A stretch of DNA of 63,989 nucleotides, filler included, from Myxococcota bacterium (GTDB lineage: Bacteria > Myxococcota > Myxococcia > Myxococcales > Myxococcaceae), in NCBI GenBank assembly GCA_049322255.1. It is 4 parts of 4 records of this genome, joined end to end, with 100 filler letters (N's around TTAATTAATTAA, not from the genome) between each part and the next. Parts side by side here need not be neighbours in the genome. Positions count along the whole stretch, not along the records: positions 30,282 to 59,496 come from JBMORE010000043.1; positions 59,597 to 62,120 come from JBMORE010000068.1; positions 62,221 to 63,989 come from JBMORE010000097.1; 1 more part is not named here. The stretch is one strand, 5' to 3'. Made by a program: the position numbers and the translations under genes. The notes beneath the pieces are model-generated. The model did no database searches. It was not told where the DNA came from and worked only from the letters and a program-made list of their open reading frames with translations. Every line of letters starts with the position of its first letter. Within the stretch, counting starts at the first letter, position 1. This document shows positions 58,865 to 63,989 of the stretch, piece by piece.

Positions 58865-59431
58865 CTAAAGCTTGATGTCCTTCAACGCCGCGAGCCTCGG
58901 GTCGAGGACCTTCCGCTCGCAACCACACTCTCTCTCATTCAAGTTCTGCCCGCACACCGAGCACAGGCCTCGGCAGTCGTCCCGGCAGACCACGGAGATC
59001 GGCAGGGCCAGCAATACCTGCTCGCGCAAGATCGGGTCCAGCTCGATCTTCTTGCCGTCGAAAACGTCGTGGTCCGCCTCCCCCAAGTCGAACGAGCCCG
59101 CCCGCTCGCCATGCTCGTCGTCTTCCCCAGGCGCGGTCTCGCCGTGGAGCAAACCTTCCGGGACCAGGTTCAGGGTGAAGCTCACCGGCACGGTCAGCGG
59201 CACGTCGGCCAGGCAGCGTTTGCACAGCGCGGTGAGCTCGGCGTCGAAGGCACCCTCGAGGAGCACCCCTCCGCTCACCTTGTGCAGACGCGCCGACAGC
59301 CGCGCCTCCCCGCGAGCGCGAAAGCCGGTGTCGCGGCCCTGCTCGGTCAAAGCGTCGTCGAGCACCGCGCGGGCGATGGGTTCGTTCAGCGCGAGGCCTT
59401 CTTGGGGAATTTCTTCAATCTTTACAACCAT
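58865..59431 (-). CDS. yceD: DUF177/YceD-family protein
   Basis: CKRCL, EQVLLALP, CRDDCRGLCSVCG.NLN, DPRLAAL; upstream of rpmF. Confidence 0.9.
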   Translation of the reverse strand: MVVKIEEIPQEGLALNEPIARAVLDDALTEQGRDTGFRARGEARLSARLHKVSGGVLLEGAFDAELTALCKRCLADVPLTVPVSFTLNLVPEGLLHGETAPGEDDEHGERAGSFDLGEADHDVFDGKKIELDPILREQVLLALPISVVCRDDCRGLCSVCGQNLNERECGCERKVLDPRLAALKDIKL

Positions 59432-59496
59432 TTGAATTCTCGGCCGCGCCCAAAAGGCGCGCAATATAGGGAGGTGAGGCGAACACTTCAAGAGGC

Positions 59497-59596
59497 NNNN
59501 NNNNNNNNNNNNNNNNNNNNNNNNNNNNNNNNNNNNNNNNTTAATTAATTAANNNNNNNNNNNNNNNNNNNNNNNNNNNNNNNNNNNNNNNNNNNN
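59497..59596. other. Artificial contig linker
   Basis: N44-TTAATTAATTAA-N44. Confidence 0.98.
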
Positions 59597-59770
59597 CTCC
59601 CGCTTGGCCTCGAGATCGGAGAGGCCTTCCACCACTGCTCGCATGAACGCTCGCTCTTCTTCGGCGCGTTCATAGTCGGCTACCGACTGGACCACGGCCA
59701 CTCCCCGCCCCCTGCTGGTAAGCAGAACGGGTCGATGCACCTCTGCGATGTGTCTGACCACGCGGCCTGG
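59597..59770 (-). pseudogene. Phd/YefM antitoxin fragment lacking its N-terminus
   Basis: PGRVVRHIAEVHRPVLLTSRGRGVAVVQSVADYE; no in-frame start for the missing N-terminal part; 3' end cut by the linker. Confidence 0.6.
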
Positions 59771-59798
59771 GAAGCGCTCCGCCGGCGGCCGACGGTTT

Positions 59799-61943
59799 TC
59801 ATGGCTTGGGCGAAAAAGACGTGGGTGCCGCTGCGGCTGACGGCTCCATCGCCTCGGCGACCAGCTCGGCCACGTCCTTCACCCGCAAGGACTCCTCGCG
59901 GCCGGTCTCGTTGATGCCGTCCTTCACCATCGTCATGCAGAAAGGGCAGGCCACCGCCACCGTGCCTTTTCCGGGGCCGGTGTAGTCCCCTACCTGTCCC
60001 GGCTTTTTGCGGTCAGTCGCGTCGGGAAAAGGAACGCTCGGATCCGCGGCGTGGGCCAAGGTGAGCGCGGCCTCGTTCACCCGGTTCTGATTGATGCGGG
60101 TTCCCAGGTGCTCCTCCATCCACATGCGCCCTCCGCCGGCGCCGCAGCAGAAGGACTCACGGCGGCTGCGCTGCATCTCCACGAGCTGCGCTCCGGGAAT
60201 GGCGGCTAGCGCCTCGCGAGGAGCGTCGTACACGTCGTTGTGCCGGCCCAGGTAGCAGGGGTCGTGGTAGGTGAGCTTCTCGTTCATCACCCGTGAGAGC
60301 TTGATGCGCTTGTCGCGGATGAGCTCGTTGATGAGCTCCACGTGGTTGATGACCCGGTAGTTGCCGCCGAGCTCCGGGTACTCGTTCTTGAGGGTGTTGA
60401 AGCAGTGTGGGCATTGGGTGATGACCGCCTTCACCCCCAGCGCGTTCCAGCTCTCCACGTTCTGCTTGGCCAGCGTTTGGTAGAGGTACTCGTTGCCCAG
60501 GCGCCGCGCCGAGTCGCCGTTGCACATCTCCTCTTTGCCCAAGGTGGCGAAGGAGACGCCCGCATCCTTCAAGATGCGAATCATCGAGCGGCTGACTTTC
60601 TTCTGCCGGTCGTCGTAGCTGCCCGCGCAGCCGACGAAGAAGAGGTACTCGTACTTGCCCCCGTCGCTCCACTTGGGCACCTGGAGGTCTTCCTCCCAGT
60701 CGGCGCGCTTGTCCTGCCCTATGCCCCAGGGGTTGCCTTGGCGCTCCATGCCCTCGAAGACGCGCTGAATCTCGGGAGGGAAGTCGGCCTCCACCTGCAC
60801 CTTGTAGCGGCGCATCTCGATGAGACGCGGCACGTTTTCGATGAACACTGGGCAGGCGGTTTCGCACCACCCGCAGGAGGTGCACGCCCACACCGTCTCC
60901 GGCTTCAAGATGTCGCCCACCAGGTTGGGCAGCTCTTTAGGCTGGCCGTTCTCATCCACCCCCTTGGCTACCAGGAGCTGGTGGTCCCACAGCCAGTGCT
61001 TCAAGTCTTGGTTGACGGCTTTGTGGGTGAGCGGCTTGCCGGTGATGTACGTCGGGCAGTGGGTTTGGCAGCGGCCGCACTCGGTGCAGGTGTAGAGGTC
61101 GAGCGCCTGCTTCCAGGTGAGGTCGTGGAAGGTTTTGGCCCCGAACTCCTCCTTCTCCAGATTGGGCGTGGGCAGCTTCCCGCTGGGGGTGAGCCGCTTC
61201 ATGTAGACGTTGGCGAGCCCGGTGATGACGTGGAAGTGCTTCCCGTAAGGAAGGAAGTTGCCGAAGGTGAGGATGATGCTCAGGTGAATCCAAAAAGAGG
61301 CCACGCCCAGGGTGTGCACGGTGGCAGGAGCCCGGCCGGACAACAGCCATGCGACCCCGCTGGTCACCGGCTCCCACCCAGTGAAGCCGCGCCCCTGGGC
61401 GATGAAGTGCGAGGCGCCGAAGAGGAGCTCGGTTACCATCAGCCCGCCGATGAAGCCGAGGATGAGGTACGCCTCCCAGGAGGGCGTCATTCGGTCGGGC
61501 TTCAACCGCCAGCGCACCACCCAAAAGTAGGCGCAGCCCAAGAGCGCGAGCGCCGCCGCCGCGTCTTTGGTGAGTAGATACACGTCGAAGAGGGCGGCCC
61601 AGGTGGGGTGCGTGCCCCAGAAAGGGTCGGTCGACGTGGAAAGGACCTGGAGCGCCGAGGTGGAAAAGCCCATCACGAAGAGCATCACCGTGCGGACCGC
61701 CAGCACCAGGAAGGCACCGAAGATGAACAGGTGCATCACCCCGGGGGCGCGCTCTTCACGGTCGACCATGCGCTTTTGGCCCAGACCGAAGAGGACCAAT
61801 GCCTCGGCGCGTTCGGGGGCGCGGTCGAGCCGGTGCCCCTCCACCCCTTTGAGCGGAACGAGCACCCGAAGACGCCAGTACATGGTGACGGCGAAGAAGA
61901 TGCCGGCGGCGGCGAGAAGGACGAAGGTGAGCGCGGGGTTCAT
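59799..61943 (-). CDS. FadF/heterodisulfide-reductase-like membrane Fe-S oxidoreductase
   Basis: N-terminal TM region, CTECGRCQTHCP and CTSCGWCETACP, CCG domains (YHDPCYLGR, CCGAGGG, ACPFC); start at MNPALT. Confidence 0.85.
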   Translation of the reverse strand: MNPALTFVLLAAAGIFFAVTMYWRLRVLVPLKGVEGHRLDRAPERAEALVLFGLGQKRMVDREERAPGVMHLFIFGAFLVLAVRTVMLFVMGFSTSALQVLSTSTDPFWGTHPTWAALFDVYLLTKDAAAALALLGCAYFWVVRWRLKPDRMTPSWEAYLILGFIGGLMVTELLFGASHFIAQGRGFTGWEPVTSGVAWLLSGRAPATVHTLGVASFWIHLSIILTFGNFLPYGKHFHVITGLANVYMKRLTPSGKLPTPNLEKEEFGAKTFHDLTWKQALDLYTCTECGRCQTHCPTYITGKPLTHKAVNQDLKHWLWDHQLLVAKGVDENGQPKELPNLVGDILKPETVWACTSCGWCETACPVFIENVPRLIEMRRYKVQVEADFPPEIQRVFEGMERQGNPWGIGQDKRADWEEDLQVPKWSDGGKYEYLFFVGCAGSYDDRQKKVSRSMIRILKDAGVSFATLGKEEMCNGDSARRLGNEYLYQTLAKQNVESWNALGVKAVITQCPHCFNTLKNEYPELGGNYRVINHVELINELIRDKRIKLSRVMNEKLTYHDPCYLGRHNDVYDAPREALAAIPGAQLVEMQRSRRESFCCGAGGGRMWMEEHLGTRINQNRVNEAALTLAHAADPSVPFPDATDRKKPGQVGDYTGPGKGTVAVACPFCMTMVKDGINETGREESLRVKDVAELVAEAMEPSAAAAPTSFSPKP

Positions 61944-61981
61944 GGGCCCCGAACCTCTAGCAAAGATGCCGAGGCCAAGCA

Positions 61982-61997
61982 CCCCTCTCCCAATGGG
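61982..61997 (-). repeat. Half REP-like hairpin left after IS insertion
   Basis: CCCCTCTCCC-AAT-GGG followed directly by CAGGGC. Confidence 0.75.
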
Positions 61998-62120
61998 CAG
62001 GGCGAGCGCACGATAAGTGATCGATCTCGTTAGCAATACCGAACGCTGAAGTTGTGGGGGGACACGCACTTCGGTTTGGCTGTGGGTCATGACCAAGCCT
62101 CGGCAGACTGCTGTCCCGGA
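61998..62120 (+). mobile_element. Second copy of the IS terminus (ISAs1-like), cut by the contig end
   Basis: Identical (reverse complement) to 1-123; possible transposase ATG at 62089. Confidence 0.65.
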
Positions 62121-62220
62121 NNNNNNNNNNNNNNNNNNNNNNNNNNNNNNNNNNNNNNNNNNNNTTAATTAATTAANNNNNNNNNNNNNNNNNNNNNNNN
62201 NNNNNNNNNNNNNNNNNNNN
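62121..62220. other. Artificial contig linker
   Basis: N44-TTAATTAATTAA-N44. Confidence 0.98.
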
Positions 62221-62843
62221 ACGCCGACGCCGCGGTGGGCATTGGAGCCGGCTGGACTTTCCCGGAGGAAATCCTACGCCCCAATACGGTGAGCGCTCGC
62301 CTTCGTTTCGGGAAGTTTGCCATCGAGCCGGGAGTGTCGCTGGGCGGCGGTGGCTCAGGGAACAAGGCGACGAGCACGCGGACCATCGAAGGGCAGCCAC
62401 CCGTCGAGTCCTCCAGTGAGAACCGCGCTGGGGACATCGACCTCTCGGTGGGCGCCAACGTGGGGTACCGGCTCGCCCGCCGCGGCCCGGTCGATCTCGC
62501 GGCCATCGGAGGGGTATCGCTGGGCTTCGGCAACGAAACGGAAAACTTGGGGGTGGACGACCCGGCCAACCCCCACACGGTGCGCACCAGCACCTTCAGT
62601 GCCGCGCTCAGCTGGGGCATCGGCGTCGAATGGTTCTTCGCCAAGCATCTGGGGTTGAGCGCCAGCGCGACCAACCCGCTCTTGGGCTACAGCTCCACCA
62701 GCACGCGTGAAGACGAGACGCAGACGACGGGCGGGGCCAACCCCACCACCATCACCACCGTCACCCAGGGAAGCACCGGCGGCACCACCATCGGGGTCGT
62801 CTTCCGCCCCACAGTGCGGGCGATGTTCCACCTGTATTTTTAG
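62221..62843 (+). CDS. Outer-membrane beta-barrel protein (5' truncated)
   Basis: Amphipathic strands, WGIGVEWF, terminal MFHLYF beta-signal. Confidence 0.7.
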
Positions 62844-62850
62844 CTAACCT

Positions 62851-62940
62851 TCCTCTCCCTTTGGGAGAGGGCAAGGGTGAGGGAACGTCGACTCGTCGAG
62901 CCAACACCCCTCACCCCTCCCCTCTCCCAGGGGGAGCGGG
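62851..62940. repeat. Inverted REP doublet, copies 62851-62883 and 62907-62940
   Basis: TCCTCTCCCTTTGGGAGAGGGCAAGGGTGAGGG-23nt-CCCCTCACCCCTCCCCTCTCCCAGGGGGAGCGGG. Confidence 0.88.
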
Positions 62941-62947
62941 AGTTTTG

Positions 62948-63989
62948 ATGAGAAGCGAGCTGGCGCGACGGTGCGCGCGCATGGTGATGGTGGGGCTGCC
63001 GGGTGCTTCTCCCGACCCCGAGGCGCTGGCCCTCGTCGACGCCGGGGTGTTCGGCGCCATTCTCTTCTCGCGCAACATCACCTCACCTGAGCAGACCGCT
63101 GCGTTGTGCCGGTCGCTCAAGGAACGCGCCCGTCGGCCTTTTCTGCTCGCTGTCGACCAAGAAGGCGGACGGGTGGCGCGCCTGAAGGGAGCTCCCTTCA
63201 CCTCCCTGCCCCCGATGCGCGCCCTCGGTGAGGCCAAGGACCCAGCGCGGGCGGAGCGCGCCGGCAGGCTGCTCGCCCACGAGCTGCGCGCGGTGGGCTT
63301 CGATTGGGACTTCGCCCCGGTGCTCGACGTGGACACCAACCCGAAAAATCCGGTCATCGGAGACCGCGCCTTCGGAAGCGACCCTCGGGAGGTGGCGACG
63401 CTGGGAGTGGCGCTCGCCCGCGGGTTGGAGGCAGGCAGCGTCGCCTCCTGCGCCAAGCACTTCCCCGGCCACGGCGACACCCATCAGGACTCGCACCTTC
63501 ACCTGCCCCGACTCTCCCACGAGCTGGCGCGGCTGCGGGCGGTGGAGCTGGTCCCCTTCTTCGCCTACGCCGAAGCCAAGCTCGCGGCGGTGATGACCGC
63601 GCACGTGGTCTTCGACGCGGTGGACCCCGGGGTGCCGGCGACGATGAGCAGCAAGGTGCTCAATGGAATCTTGCGGCAGGAGCTGGGTTTCGGCGGTGTC
63701 TTGGTGAGCGACGACTTGGAGATGAAGGCCATCGCCGACCACTACTCGGTGGAGGAGGCGGCGGTGGAGGGCGCACTCGCCGGCGTCGACTTGTTCCTCG
63801 TCTGCCACCGGGCCGACCGGCAGCGCGCGGTCATCGAGGCGCTGGTGAAAGCGGTGGAGGCCGGCCGCCTGCCACGCGCGCGGGTGGAGGAAGCCAACGC
63901 CCGGCTCGACGTCCTCGCTCAGCGCTTCTTCCATCCCCCGGAAGACCGGTTACACACCTTGGGGACGAAGGAGCACCTCGCCCTCGCCC
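62948..63989 (+). CDS. nagZ: Beta-N-acetylhexosaminidase (GH3), running off the window end; absent from the ORF track
   Basis: My translation from ATG 62948: AVDQEGGRVAR, FAPVLDV, KHFPGHGDTHQDSH, SDDLEM. Confidence 0.9.
   Translation, partial: MRSELARRCARMVMVGLPGASPDPEALALVDAGVFGAILFSRNITSPEQTAALCRSLKERARRPFLLAVDQEGGRVARLKGAPFTSLPPMRALGEAKDPARAERAGRLLAHELRAVGFDWDFAPVLDVDTNPKNPVIGDRAFGSDPREVATLGVALARGLEAGSVASCAKHFPGHGDTHQDSHLHLPRLSHELARLRAVELVPFFAYAEAKLAAVMTAHVVFDAVDPGVPATMSSKVLNGILRQELGFGGVLVSDDLEMKAIADHYSVEEAAVEGALAGVDLFLVCHRADRQRAVIEALVKAVEAGRLPRARVEEANARLDVLAQRFFHPPEDRLHTLGTKEHLALA

Noticed and set aside
61944..62096. Extended N-terminus of the 765-aa ORF (MVMTHSQTEV...)
   Set aside because: It is read-through of IS and REP DNA; the membrane protein plausibly starts at 61943.
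61998..62120. Group II intron 5' end or IS110 bridge-RNA end as the identity of the element
   Set aside because: No GTGYG start at the junction and no clear guide matching the REP; the CAGGGC terminus and symmetric target fit a DDE IS better. Not fully excluded without the element body.

Overview
GC-rich bacterial DNA, very likely a myxobacterium (Myxococcota; Che8-like chemosensory cluster, MYXO-CTERM protein, Ser/Thr kinases, Cys-rich lipoprotein). The window is four contigs (1-30181, 30282-59496, 59597-62120, 62221-63989) joined by artificial 100-bp N/TTAATTAATTAA linkers, so adjacency across linkers means nothing. Content is mostly housekeeping: plsX paralog + phosphatase, pcnB, dinB, uppS-cdsA-rseP-rlpA-tsaB, moaD-moaE fusion, glpD, acs, asnS, an MCP-less che cluster, nusB-rib-nrdR-glyA-rpiB-fab-plsX-rpmF, a FadF-like oxidoreductase and nagZ. 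The most striking signal is a dense family of ~34-bp REP-like hairpins (CCCTCACCCnnnCCCTCTCCC-nnn-GGGAGAGGG; 16 copies counted by eye, three inverted doublets). These supply the stop codon and a shared PSPxGRGxG-type tail to seven genes and sit in frame inside tsaB and probably a lipoprotein signal peptide. At two separate loci they are also hit at exactly the same nucleotide by an identical 123-bp end of an IS-like element (ISAs1-like terminus). Other oddities: a wHTH-STAS gene with a 12-bp-period repeat array inside the riboflavin operon, an Asd-like protein lacking its catalytic residues, an internally deleted VapC, a subclass B1 metallo-beta-lactamase, and a putative clan CD protease.
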